Positions 29,082-38,476 of a stretch of 64,000 bases of DNA are shown here, one piece after another. The stretch's first letter is position 1; the number at the start of each line of letters is the position of its first letter. Origin of the DNA: Gemmatimonadota bacterium (GTDB taxonomy: Bacteria; Gemmatimonadota; Gemmatimonadetes; Palauibacterales; Palauibacteraceae); contig JBDHLB010000003.1 of assembly GCA_039586095.1 (NCBI GenBank), forward strand, positions 66,945-130,944. Direction: 5' to 3'. The position numbers were made by a program, and so were the translations under genes. The notes beneath the pieces are model-generated. The model was not told where the DNA came from. It did not search any database and was given only the letters and a program-made list of their open reading frames with translations.

Positions 29082-29689
29082 GCAGGCGCGTCGTGCGCGT
29101 CGCGTTCGTCGCGATCACCGCGGTTGGTGCTACGGCGGGTTGCTACTCTCAGCAGTATGCCGGCGATCGAGACCCGGCTTCGTGCGAAGCGGTGGACGGG
29201 GCGCTCTCGCCCTCCCTCGAGGCCGATGTCCTGGCCGGCGAGTATCGACTCGTGGTCGTCGCGACCGAGGGCACGCGAGCCGGAGAGTCCGTCAGCGGCG
29301 CGCTGAGTCTGGTGCCCACGCCCGACGGCATGCGGGAACTGCTCGATCCCTCGGCAGGAATGACGCCCCGTGAAGGTGTGAGCGTCCCTCTGTTCGGGAC
29401 GGCCGACCTGGACGTGGATGCGGTGGGTGGCGTGATCGCGGGAGGTCTCGCGTCAGACGACCCCCAACGTCCGGGTGCGATGGTGGTCGAGGACAGGACT
29501 GCCGAGGGACAGCCTCCGCAGCTGTTCATCCGCCTGGGCTCGGAAGGCAACGATCGCACGCGACAGAGGTTCGACGGTGCCTATTTCGCCCTCGTGGTCA
29601 CCGCCGTCGAGGCTGACGCGATGCATGGCTCGTGGACGAGCGGACTCGAAACCATGCAGGCCGGCGGCCACTTCTGCGCGTACCGATAG
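29078..29689 (+). CDS. hypothetical lipoprotein
   Basis: Signal and lipobox (AVGATAGCYS). 4-nt overlap with the upstream protease gene. Confidence 0.55.
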   Translation: MSRRVVRVAFVAITAVGATAGCYSQQYAGDRDPASCEAVDGALSPSLEADVLAGEYRLVVVATEGTRAGESVSGALSLVPTPDGMRELLDPSAGMTPREGVSVPLFGTADLDVDAVGGVIAGGLASDDPQRPGAMVVEDRTAEGQPPQLFIRLGSEGNDRTRQRFDGAYFALVVTAVEADAMHGSWTSGLETMQAGGHFCAYR

Positions 29690-29921
29690 TTCGGCAGCCA
29701 CCGCAACGAACCGGTGCCGCCGAGTCGGGGTCCCGAGTCCGTTGCCTTCCATCCGTTACCTTCTGTGAGCACGTGTCGTCTTAGGTAAAAGGCGGCGGTC
29801 CGCCCGGTGGCCGCGGATTGGCCGAGCGGTCGGGCCCTTAACAGGACGGGGGCGACCTTCGTCTAACCGATGTAGGCTGGACTTCTGGCAGGGGCGGTTC
29901 CACCCTGGAGGCTGACGTTCC

Positions 29922-30635
29922 ATGATTCCTATCCGAAGACTCCCGCTCACGGCGACCGTTCTCGCCGCGCTCGTCGTCGGTGGTTGTGCCACCCTGCAAA
30001 CCAGGGCCGATTTTGACCGCGAGGTCGGGTTCTCCGAGCTGCAAACGTTTACCTGGCTCGAGCCGAGCGCGGATCAACGCACCACGCTGGAAGGAGTCAG
30101 TCCCTTCCTGGAGCGCCGGCTCCAGCGAGCGGTGGAGAGCGAGTTGCTCGACCGGGGCTTCGTGAGAGGAAGCGGGGAGGAGGTCGACTTTCTCGTGACC
30201 GGCTACGTCGTGTCTGCGCCTCGAGAGAGTCGTGTCAGTCGGGCGCCGCGGAGTACGGCTCGAGTGTCGGTCGGCGTGGGATTCGGTTGGTCATCCTGGG
30301 GTCCCAGCTGGAATCGCTGGGGGCCTGGCTGGGGCTGGGGCTGGCCGAGCTGGGGCTGGGGATCTCCCTGGGGCGTTCACGGCTCCCTGTTCTGGTCACC
30401 GTGGTGGGGATCGTCCGTCGCGTTCTTCCCTTACTACCCGACGGGCTCCCGTGCACCCGACGGCTCGACGCCGGGCACGCTGGTCGTCGAGATCTTCGAG
30501 GTGCAGAGCCACAAGCTCGTGTGGCGGGGCTGGACCGAAGGCGCGTTCCTGGACACCATCGAGCCCGACGAGCTCGCGATCTTCGTGGACGAAACGGTGC
30601 ACGAGATCATGCTGAGGTTCCCGCCGGAGAGCTGA
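29922..30635 (+). CDS. DUF4136-like lipoprotein with Trp/Gly-rich insert
   Basis: Lipobox LVVGGCAT. ADFDREVGFSELQTFTW and C-terminal GTLVVEIFEVQSHKLVWRGW are DUF4136-like. The central insert holds 13 Trp in about 42 aa. Confidence 0.6.
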   Translation: MIPIRRLPLTATVLAALVVGGCATLQTRADFDREVGFSELQTFTWLEPSADQRTTLEGVSPFLERRLQRAVESELLDRGFVRGSGEEVDFLVTGYVVSAPRESRVSRAPRSTARVSVGVGFGWSSWGPSWNRWGPGWGWGWPSWGWGSPWGVHGSLFWSPWWGSSVAFFPYYPTGSRAPDGSTPGTLVVEIFEVQSHKLVWRGWTEGAFLDTIEPDELAIFVDETVHEIMLRFPPES

Positions 30636-30663
30636 GACCGTCACTCGATCTGCCGGGTGACCG

Positions 30664-31749
30664 TCATTTGTCGACGAAGATGTCCTTCGGCATGTGCATG
30701 CTGACCAGCATGTGGGGGATGTCGACCACTTCCGAGATCTTGAGGTCCCCCGCGAGCGAGCACAGAACGTAGGCCTCCGTGGGCTCCAGCCCGTGCTCCT
30801 CAACCAGGTAATCGACCATGTACCCCGTAGCCTTTCGGGCGGCTTCATCGATGGTCGTCGCATACGCCGTGACCGCGTAGAAATCCTCCGACTCGTACTG
30901 CGGTTCCTGGATCGGGCGACCGCCCTTGATGACGTCCACCTCGTACACGATGCGCATCGGGGCCTCGATGGCCGTCCCCGAGACCTCGCCGTCGCCCTGG
31001 ACCGCATGCGTGTCCCCGATCGAGAACAGGGCGCCCTCCACGAACACCGGGAAATAGGCGGTCACGCCCGTGGTGATGTGCTTGTTGTCCATGTTCCCGC
31101 CATTCGCGCGCGGAGGGATGGTCGACAGCAGGGAATCGGTGGCCGGGGCCACCCCCATGACACCGGGGAACGGTCGAAGCGGAATCTCGATGCCCTCCGC
31201 GAACCGTGCCTTCCCCGCGTCGGGGCCCAGTTCGAACGACCGGAGCCAGTGCCCGTCGAACCGGTCCGATAGGAAACCGAAACCGGGAACGACGGCCGCC
31301 CAACCCCATTCTCCCACATCGATCTCGTGCAACGTGACGGCCAAAATATCGCCCGGCTCCGCCCCCTCAACGTAGACGGGCCCGGTGAGCGGGTGAATCG
31401 GGTCGAAGCTCACATTTGCCAGGTCTTCCAGATCCGAATCGGGCGCGAGCTGGCCGTCGCTCGCTTCCTCGGTGAAGACCTCCACCACGGCCCCCGCCGG
31501 CACGCGAAGAACGGGTGCAATCGTCGCACTGAATCGATTGTGCGTCTGATCCGCCGTCAGCTGGTAGGACGGTTCGGCGTACGCGGTGCTCTCCGGCTTC
31601 GATCCCGCGGTGGCCGCAGCGTCGACTGCCGTGTCCACCGCGGTGTCGCCGGGCTGTGGGGCGGGGGATGAGCACGCTACGCCTATCAACAGGACACAGG
31701 CCGCCGCCAGCGTGTACGCAGCGGGACTGCTCATTCTTCGGTGCCGCAT
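30664..31749 (-). CDS. acetamidase/formamidase family protein with lipoprotein signal
   Basis: GGNMDNKHITTGVTAYFPVFVEGALFSIGDTHAVQGDGEVSGTAIE. Start MRHRRMSSPAAYTLAAACVLLIGVACSS. Confidence 0.85.
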   Translation of the reverse strand: MRHRRMSSPAAYTLAAACVLLIGVACSSPAPQPGDTAVDTAVDAAATAGSKPESTAYAEPSYQLTADQTHNRFSATIAPVLRVPAGAVVEVFTEEASDGQLAPDSDLEDLANVSFDPIHPLTGPVYVEGAEPGDILAVTLHEIDVGEWGWAAVVPGFGFLSDRFDGHWLRSFELGPDAGKARFAEGIEIPLRPFPGVMGVAPATDSLLSTIPPRANGGNMDNKHITTGVTAYFPVFVEGALFSIGDTHAVQGDGEVSGTAIEAPMRIVYEVDVIKGGRPIQEPQYESEDFYAVTAYATTIDEAARKATGYMVDYLVEEHGLEPTEAYVLCSLAGDLKISEVVDIPHMLVSMHMPKDIFVDK

Positions 31750-32174
31750 GACATGCCTCCCTGAAGTCCGTCCTGCCCTGCGCGGCGGATCTCTCCCGCC
31801 GGCCCCGGTTGAGAAACGACGCAGTCTATAGCGATCGACGTCCCGCCGCATCCACCGAACCGGCTTCGCGCCGGCCTCGCGCGGCTGAGCTCCCGTCACC
31901 TCCCGAGCTCGTGATCGGCACGCGCCTACCCGTCAACGCGGGGTGGCTTCGGCGACCGGGCGGGACCAAATGCCCCAACGCGTGGGAGAGGCGGCCGGGG
32001 GCACCGCGTCGCGTGCTGCGTACGCATATATACAGCAACGTCTTATGAATACCCGCTCGGCAAGTGTCCTCTGGCACGAAAGGTGAGGATACAGGCGGGA
32101 GCCACGCACGCAACGACGAAGTGAATGACACGCGTCCATCGCACAAACCTTACAAATAGAACAGACGACCACAC

Positions 32175-34844
32175 ATGCCCGATACGACGCCAGCCTGCGA
32201 ACCTCACAAGATCAAGACGGTTCGGCCGGTCTCCTTCCCGACGCTCGAGCAGCGAAAGCAGTATCTGGCCGACGCCCGCTTCAACGTGTTCAACCTCAGA
32301 CCGAGCCAGGTGAGCTTCGACATGTGCTCGCTCGGCACGAGCGCCTCGAGCCAGGAGCAGCTGGCGGGCCAGGTGATCGGCGACGAGGCGTACGCGGGCA
32401 GCCGCAACTTCGAGAACCTCCAGAAAGCGGTACGCGAGGTGCTGGGCCACGGCTACGTGTGCCCGACCCACAACATCCTGGGCTGCCTCAAGCTTCTCGT
32501 GTCCACGCTGGTGCCGCCCGGCTCCGTGCTGGCCAGCAACTCCAGGGATCGCGTCGACGTGCTCACGCCGCGGGAAGTCCGGGTTCGGGACGTGCGGGAC
32601 CCTGACGAGCCCGTGTTCACGGGCAACATGGAGCTGGGGAAGCTGGAGGAGGTTCTGGAAGAAGGGGGCGTGGCGCTGGTCGACTGCCACGCCTTCGCTG
32701 ACGGGCAACATCCCTTCAGTCTCGCCAACCTGCGGGCCGCACGCGTGCTCGCCGACCGCTTCGGAGTGCGTCTGGTTGTCGATGGATCCCGGGTGATCGA
32801 GAACGCCTGGTACATCCAGCGTCACGAGCCGGGCCAGGCGGACCGCACGATTGCCGACATCGTTCAGCAGATCGTGAAGACCAGCCACATCCTGCAGCTC
32901 GACGGTGCCCAGGATCCCAAGTGCAACACGGGCGGGCTGCTCAGCACGGACAATCCGGACGACTACGAGAAATTCATGAACGAGGTGGTCGTCTTCGAGG
33001 GGCTGCACACGTACGGCGGAATGGCGGGGCGCACGATGGAGGTGCTGGTGCGCGGCCTCCGTGAGATGTGCGATGAAGAGGAAGTTCGCTGGGTGATGCA
33101 CCAGACGGAGCGATTCACGCGGCGGCTGCGCGAGGCGGGCGTTCCGCTCGAGCGGGGGTGTGACGGCGCGTACATCATCGCTGACGAGCTCCTTCCACAC
33201 GTGGGCGACCGGGCGAAGGACACCTTCTCGGCAGCGCTATACCTCATCTCAGGGGTGCGCGCCGTGGCGCCCCACCTGACCGGACGAAGCGACCCCGTTC
33301 CCGTTCAGATTCCGCGGCTCGCGATGACCAACGAGCAGCTGGATCAGGTGGCCGACGCCATCGTGAGTCTCCTGCACCAGCGCGACGAGGTACCGCCGCT
33401 TCAGCCCACTTCGATCGGCCAGTGGCGGGACGAGATGGAGTATCACTGGGTGCTTCCCGACCTGGAGCCGTTCGAGTTCGACACCTTTCCGTTCGAGATC
33501 CACACGATCGAGCGGGTGGGCGTGTTGACGCGCGACCAGCGCGAACGGGCCATGCGCATGGCCGGCTACAACACGTTCCTGCTCCGTTCTGCCGACGTGA
33601 CGATCGATCTGCTGACCGACTCGGGTACGAGCGCCATGAGCGTGGACCAGTGGTCCGATTACGAAGGGGTGCGTGCGAGCGCGACGACGAGTGACGAGTA
33701 CTTCCGGCTGGTCGATGTTCTGCAGGAAGCCTTCGGATACGAGCACATCATCCCGACCCACCAGGGACGGGCCGCCGAGCACATCCTGAGCCAGATCATG
33801 ATCGAGCCCGGGCAGCTCGTTCCCGGCAACATGTACTTCACCACCACCAAGCTGCATCAGGAGCTGGCCGGTGGCGTGTTCGTCGATGTGATCGTGGACG
33901 AAGCGAAGGACCCGCAGAGCGACCATCCGTGGAAGGGCGACATCGACCTGGCCAAGCTCCACGCGCTGGTGGACGAGCACGGCGCCGACAAGATCGCCTA
34001 CGTTTCGTTCGAGCACTCCGTGAACATGGCCGGCGGCCAGCCGGTCAGCATGGACAACATGAAGGACGTGTACGCCTACTGCGGTGACGTCGGCATCCCC
34101 GTCTTCTTCGACGCCACCCGCGTCGTCGAGAACGCCTACATGATCCAGAGCCGCGACGCGCGCTACGCCGACACTCCGATTCGGGACATCCTGCGCGAGA
34201 TGATGCTCTACGGGGACGGTTGCACCGTGAGCGGCAAGAAGGACTTCCTCATCAACATCGGCGGGGTCCTCGCGTTCCGGGAGAACGAGGAATGGACCCG
34301 GAAGGCCGAGGATCTGCTGCGCATCTACGAAGGGAACGTGACGGACGGCGGCCTCGCCACGGCCGACCTGGCGGCGATCGCGCGTGGCGTCGAGGAGATG
34401 GTCGATGATCGGTACATTCGGGCCCGGGTCGGACAGACCCAGCGGCTCGGGGAGATGTTGCTCGAGGCAGGGGTGCCGATCGTCACGCCGCCCGGCAGCC
34501 ACGCGATCTTTCTCGATGCGAAACGCTTCCTGTCCCACATCGACCAGGATGAGTTCCCCGCCCAGCGGTTGGCTGCGGAGGTGTTCATCGAGACGGGCGT
34601 GCGCGCGATGGAGCGTGGGAACGTCTCGAAGGGGCGGAATCCGGAGACGGGGGAGAACTACCGTCCGGCGCTGGAGCTCGTGAGGCTGACCATCCCAAGG
34701 CGCGTGTACACGAACGATCACATGCGCGCGGTCGCCGACGGAATCATCCGGCTGTACGAGCGCCGGGAGCAGATCAAGGGACTGCGCTTCGTCTACGAGC
34801 CCGACAAGCTCCGCTTCTTCCAGGGGCGATTCGAGTCGCTGTAA
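32175..34844 (+). CDS. tandem beta-eliminating lyase (tryptophanase/tyrosine phenol-lyase-like) fusion, 889 aa
   Basis: C-terminal half has DLLTDSGTSAM, IPTHQGRAAEHI, TVSGKKDFLINIGG and RLTIPRRVYT. The N-terminal half has the same fold-length pattern but THNILGCL and LDGAQDPKCNTGG. Confidence 0.85.
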   Translation: MPDTTPACEPHKIKTVRPVSFPTLEQRKQYLADARFNVFNLRPSQVSFDMCSLGTSASSQEQLAGQVIGDEAYAGSRNFENLQKAVREVLGHGYVCPTHNILGCLKLLVSTLVPPGSVLASNSRDRVDVLTPREVRVRDVRDPDEPVFTGNMELGKLEEVLEEGGVALVDCHAFADGQHPFSLANLRAARVLADRFGVRLVVDGSRVIENAWYIQRHEPGQADRTIADIVQQIVKTSHILQLDGAQDPKCNTGGLLSTDNPDDYEKFMNEVVVFEGLHTYGGMAGRTMEVLVRGLREMCDEEEVRWVMHQTERFTRRLREAGVPLERGCDGAYIIADELLPHVGDRAKDTFSAALYLISGVRAVAPHLTGRSDPVPVQIPRLAMTNEQLDQVADAIVSLLHQRDEVPPLQPTSIGQWRDEMEYHWVLPDLEPFEFDTFPFEIHTIERVGVLTRDQRERAMRMAGYNTFLLRSADVTIDLLTDSGTSAMSVDQWSDYEGVRASATTSDEYFRLVDVLQEAFGYEHIIPTHQGRAAEHILSQIMIEPGQLVPGNMYFTTTKLHQELAGGVFVDVIVDEAKDPQSDHPWKGDIDLAKLHALVDEHGADKIAYVSFEHSVNMAGGQPVSMDNMKDVYAYCGDVGIPVFFDATRVVENAYMIQSRDARYADTPIRDILREMMLYGDGCTVSGKKDFLINIGGVLAFRENEEWTRKAEDLLRIYEGNVTDGGLATADLAAIARGVEEMVDDRYIRARVGQTQRLGEMLLEAGVPIVTPPGSHAIFLDAKRFLSHIDQDEFPAQRLAAEVFIETGVRAMERGNVSKGRNPETGENYRPALELVRLTIPRRVYTNDHMRAVADGIIRLYERREQIKGLRFVYEPDKLRFFQGRFESL

Positions 34845-35062
34845 GACGCCGGGGGCCGAGTCGTCGGGGTCCGGGCAGCCTTCCTTCACGAAAGCCGGAC
34901 GCGTCTCCGTGACAGACGAGGCCATGACCGAGAGAAGGCCCCGACCGACGCGGTGCGTCAGCCGGGGCCGTTCCCAACTTCGTAGCTCCCAAAGTTACTG
35001 CTCTGCTTATGACTTGCTTCCAACTCACTGTCGGCGTGATCACCGACGTCGGCTCAAGGGGC

Positions 35063-35596
35063 TCAGTTCCCGTCGCCCTCGTCCTCGCCTTCCTCATCGT
35101 CGGCGGACGGGACGTTGCCGATCAACTCGCCCTCGGTCTTGGCGACGATCATCCAGGTCGTAAAGATCTCGTCCGAGTGACGGGAATACCACCGGTTCCA
35201 CGACTGCACGACCTCGTCCCACTCTTCCCGCTCCGGCGTGCCTTCCTCCGGCAGCGGGTTGGCCTCGAAGTACTCCTGGCAGGGAGCACCGCAGGGCGCC
35301 TCGATGGCGGCGAGGTCGGCATACTCCGCGATCACGATGAGCTGGTCTGCGTTGCTTCCGTAGTAGTGCTGGGAAACTCGAAGGTTGATGACGTTCGGGT
35401 TCAACTGCATCTGGGGCAGCCAACGCTCGCGCATGAACCGCATCACGTTCGCCCGCTGGGGCCCGAACGGCGCGTCGAACGTCGTGACGGCGATGACGCG
35501 AGTGCCTGGGCCGTCCTGAGCCTCGACCGACATCGGCACGAGGAGCCCGCTGCCGACTACGGCAGCCACTGCCAGGAGCGTGAATAGCTTTCTCAT
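35063..35596 (-). CDS. secreted hypothetical protein with acidic tail
   Basis: MRKLFTLLAVAAVVGSGLLVPMSVEAQ signal. GAGAGGA upstream of the ATG. C-terminal DDEEGEDEGDGN. Confidence 0.55.
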   Translation of the reverse strand: MRKLFTLLAVAAVVGSGLLVPMSVEAQDGPGTRVIAVTTFDAPFGPQRANVMRFMRERWLPQMQLNPNVINLRVSQHYYGSNADQLIVIAEYADLAAIEAPCGAPCQEYFEANPLPEEGTPEREEWDEVVQSWNRWYSRHSDEIFTTWMIVAKTEGELIGNVPSADDEEGEDEGDGN

Positions 35597-35777
35597 CGGT
35601 GTTCCTCTCTGGGCTGGGACTGAAAGGGAGCCACGAATGGCCGCCCCGACCGCGCAGAAATCGCGCAGTGCCGGCGCGAACGACGGCCGAGTATGTTGAC
35701 CGACTCCTGCCCGCGTCAAGAGCCGGCCGTCTTCAAATGGTGGGCGCTACAGGGGACGCTGACTACTTCGACGCGTC

Positions 35778-36260
35778 CTATTTCATCGTCCAGGTGCCGT
35801 CCCAGCGTACGACGTACCGGCCGTCGGGCCACTCGGCGACGCGGCTGGTCTGACCACCCCCGCTCACGCCTTCGAACTTGCCGGTGCCACCCAGCAGGTT
35901 CCAGGAACCGCCCGCGGCTGTTTCCTCCCATGAGATCCACCACACGTCACCCTCGAGGTCGACCCCGTCGCAGTAGCCTTTGGCCATCAGATCGCTGCCG
36001 TCGGCCGCCATTACCACCGTGCCGGAGCACGACTGCGTCGCCATGCCGAAGGGGTTACTCTCCTCGTCGCCAAACACGATGCCGTCCACGCCCACCATCT
36101 GCAGCACGCGTCCATCCGGCGTTTCGGAGGTCACCGCAGGCTTGGGAACCAGGGCCACGTATCCGCCGCCCGACATCTGCTGGGCACTAACCGAACCGAC
36201 GACGCCCAAAGCGAGAACTGCGGCGAGCGAGATGGCTCGTGGGAGTTGGCTGGTCTGCAT
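35778..36260 (-). CDS. secreted hypothetical protein
   Basis: MQTSQLPRAISLAAVLALGVVGSVSAQ signal. AGGAGA lies 8 nt upstream of the ATG. Confidence 0.5.
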   Translation of the reverse strand: MQTSQLPRAISLAAVLALGVVGSVSAQQMSGGGYVALVPKPAVTSETPDGRVLQMVGVDGIVFGDEESNPFGMATQSCSGTVVMAADGSDLMAKGYCDGVDLEGDVWWISWEETAAGGSWNLLGGTGKFEGVSGGGQTSRVAEWPDGRYVVRWDGTWTMK

Positions 36261-36384
36261 GGAAGATCTCCTGAGCTGGGCTGTATCCATCGGACAGATT
36301 CGTTGAGGCGCCACTCTACCACCGCCTCCGACGCAGCGAAAGGTGCGACGTGAGGGGCGCTGCAGCTCAGATCCCCGGGGCGTC

Positions 36385-38412
36385 CTAGGGCAGCCGCTCG
36401 AAACCACCCGGACGATAGTGGTAGGCGGGACGCCCCGGGAACTCGCCCCGCAGCAACGCGTTCCGGTCGCGCAGGTCCCGCGCGAACACGTAACGCCCCG
36501 TGAGGTCGGGCCGGTTCGCCGCCAGATGAGGCACGTAGTTGGTGTACCCCGCCTCATCGTGCCGCAGCTCCGCCACGCAGGTGGCCGTGAGCTCCGCGTT
36601 GGGCAGCAGACGCAGGGTACGGTCGTCGTTCACCATCGGGTACACGAGCGCACCCTCCGGTTGAATGAGTCCCTCCAGCTCGACCTCCAGTTGCTGCGCC
36701 GTCCACACACCGGCCTCCGCCAGACGCACCGCCTCTTCGAGCTGGCAGTGATCGGAGCGTCGATAGACGCGCTCGGTCAAAGCGGCGGGCAGGCCCACCT
36801 CGTGCATCCGGGCGAGCAGACGGTTTCCCCACGACACGGATACGAAGATCAGACCCTCCTCGATGCCGGCCTTCCGTGCCTCCTGTGCCAGGTCGAGCTT
36901 TAGTCCTGCCATCCCGAGGCGATAGACGCGGAAGCGCTGCGGCGTGCCGTACAGGAGCGCGTATCCAAAGGACAGGACGAGCACCATCGTGAGCCAATCG
37001 GCGGTGCGGAGCCGGCCGAGAGAAAACCGATCCGAGACGACGCGATGGCCCATTCGGTCGTACAGGCCCAGAAACGCGCGGCTCGTCAGGGGCAGCACGA
37101 AGGCGAGGGTCGAGTAGAGGAAACGCGGTCCGAGGAACGCATCCCGGTGCCAGTAAAAGAAGTAGGCGATGGGGAGCGCCAGGAATCCGAGTACCAGACG
37201 CCCGTCCCAGCGGCGGTTGGCCAGTCCCGCCGCCAGGAACAGACCCAACGGCAGGAGGGCGGGGATCGCCCACTCGAACAGGAACGAGTTGAGGAGCGCC
37301 AGGTCCACGAGCTGTGACTGAAGCCCGATGAGGGGCGTATGCACTCCGCCGTACGGAGTCGAGTGGAACCCGAGGCCATGATCGGCGCCCCACAGCTTCA
37401 TGTACCCCGGCTGCAGAGGGTCACCGGTCGTGAGCGCATTGTAGGCGAGGAAGAGCCCTGCGCAGACGGCGAACCCGCCGAGCCCGGCGAGGAGATGAAG
37501 CAGACGGGCGCGGCCTCGCGCGACGCCCACCAGTGCGACGATCGCGAAGGCGGACCCCACAGCGATCGCGGTGAGCGGTCGGCTCAGGAACGCCATTCCG
37601 AGCGCGAGGCCGGCGCCGGCGAGCCACACGGCCGTGCCTCCGCCCTCCCAGCGGGCGAACAGGGCGAGGAACAGGGCGACGAAGAAGAGAGCGCTCACGT
37701 GATTCATGTAGCTGGCGCCCATGAACCAGAAGAACGGCGAAAGAAGGGTCAGAAGCAGCGTGAGCCGCGCCGTCCGTCGGTCGTACACTCGCCGTGTGAA
37801 GCCGAACAGGAGCCACGCGGTTCCTGCTGTCATCAGAATCGGCATCAGCCACGGGACGCCGGCGAGCACACCCGGCGCGAGGGCGCCAGCGTGGCCGGGC
37901 GGATACTGTGAATACCACCGCTCCCCGTCCACGAGCATGTTCTCGGCCGCGAAGAACGCTTCGAAGGGCGGTGCCGGGGCCCAGACGTGTCCGCTCGCGA
38001 AGATCCGCGCCTGGAACAGCTGTGCGATGCTGTCCACCAGAAGCGGTCGTCTCGCGAAGGCGAACACCGAAGCCGTCACGAGCAGCAGGAGCAGGACCGC
38101 CAGGCCCGCCGCCAGGAACGTGCGGTCACCGAACCGTTCCGCCTCCCCCAGACGGCTCAGCCAGCCTCGCACACGTCGTGGAAGCCCGGGCACCATCAGC
38201 GCGAGCAGCCATGCCACGGCGCCAAACGTGAAGAGCCCGAGGAGCCATTCGGCTGGATCGAGAAGCCAACCCGTCCTCGTCATCTGGCCGAACAGCGCAC
38301 GAAGAGGCAGGAAGGGAAGCACGAGGAGCAGCACGCCCACCATCCGGAGCCCCACATGGCGCACGCCGCGTGATTCCGTACCGGACGGTTCCGGGCCCTG
38401 CGTCCGACTCAT
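36385..38412 (-). CDS. polytopic membrane protein, GT-C (ArnT/PMT-like) glycosyltransferase candidate
   Basis: About 12 hydrophobic helices plus a ~200-aa soluble C-terminal domain. Family assignment rests on architecture only. Confidence 0.45.
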   Translation of the reverse strand: MSRTQGPEPSGTESRGVRHVGLRMVGVLLLVLPFLPLRALFGQMTRTGWLLDPAEWLLGLFTFGAVAWLLALMVPGLPRRVRGWLSRLGEAERFGDRTFLAAGLAVLLLLLVTASVFAFARRPLLVDSIAQLFQARIFASGHVWAPAPPFEAFFAAENMLVDGERWYSQYPPGHAGALAPGVLAGVPWLMPILMTAGTAWLLFGFTRRVYDRRTARLTLLLTLLSPFFWFMGASYMNHVSALFFVALFLALFARWEGGGTAVWLAGAGLALGMAFLSRPLTAIAVGSAFAIVALVGVARGRARLLHLLAGLGGFAVCAGLFLAYNALTTGDPLQPGYMKLWGADHGLGFHSTPYGGVHTPLIGLQSQLVDLALLNSFLFEWAIPALLPLGLFLAAGLANRRWDGRLVLGFLALPIAYFFYWHRDAFLGPRFLYSTLAFVLPLTSRAFLGLYDRMGHRVVSDRFSLGRLRTADWLTMVLVLSFGYALLYGTPQRFRVYRLGMAGLKLDLAQEARKAGIEEGLIFVSVSWGNRLLARMHEVGLPAALTERVYRRSDHCQLEEAVRLAEAGVWTAQQLEVELEGLIQPEGALVYPMVNDDRTLRLLPNAELTATCVAELRHDEAGYTNYVPHLAANRPDLTGRYVFARDLRDRNALLRGEFPGRPAYHYRPGGFERLP

Positions 38413-38476
38413 CGGCTGCACGCCTCTGACATCCACCCCACCCTGTCGATCCGCCTCGTTTTCTCTCGCAACACCG

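Noticed and set aside
33249-34925. 558-aa minus-strand ORF antisense to the tandem lyase gene
   Set aside because: Shadow ORF with no motifs. The plus strand carries clear beta-eliminating-lyase signatures.
35030-35052. Palindromes GTCGG-N8-CCGAC and CCGACGTCGG just downstream of the 35063 minus-strand gene, considered as a terminator
   Set aside because: The stems are only 5 bp with no U-tract, so support for a terminator call is insufficient.
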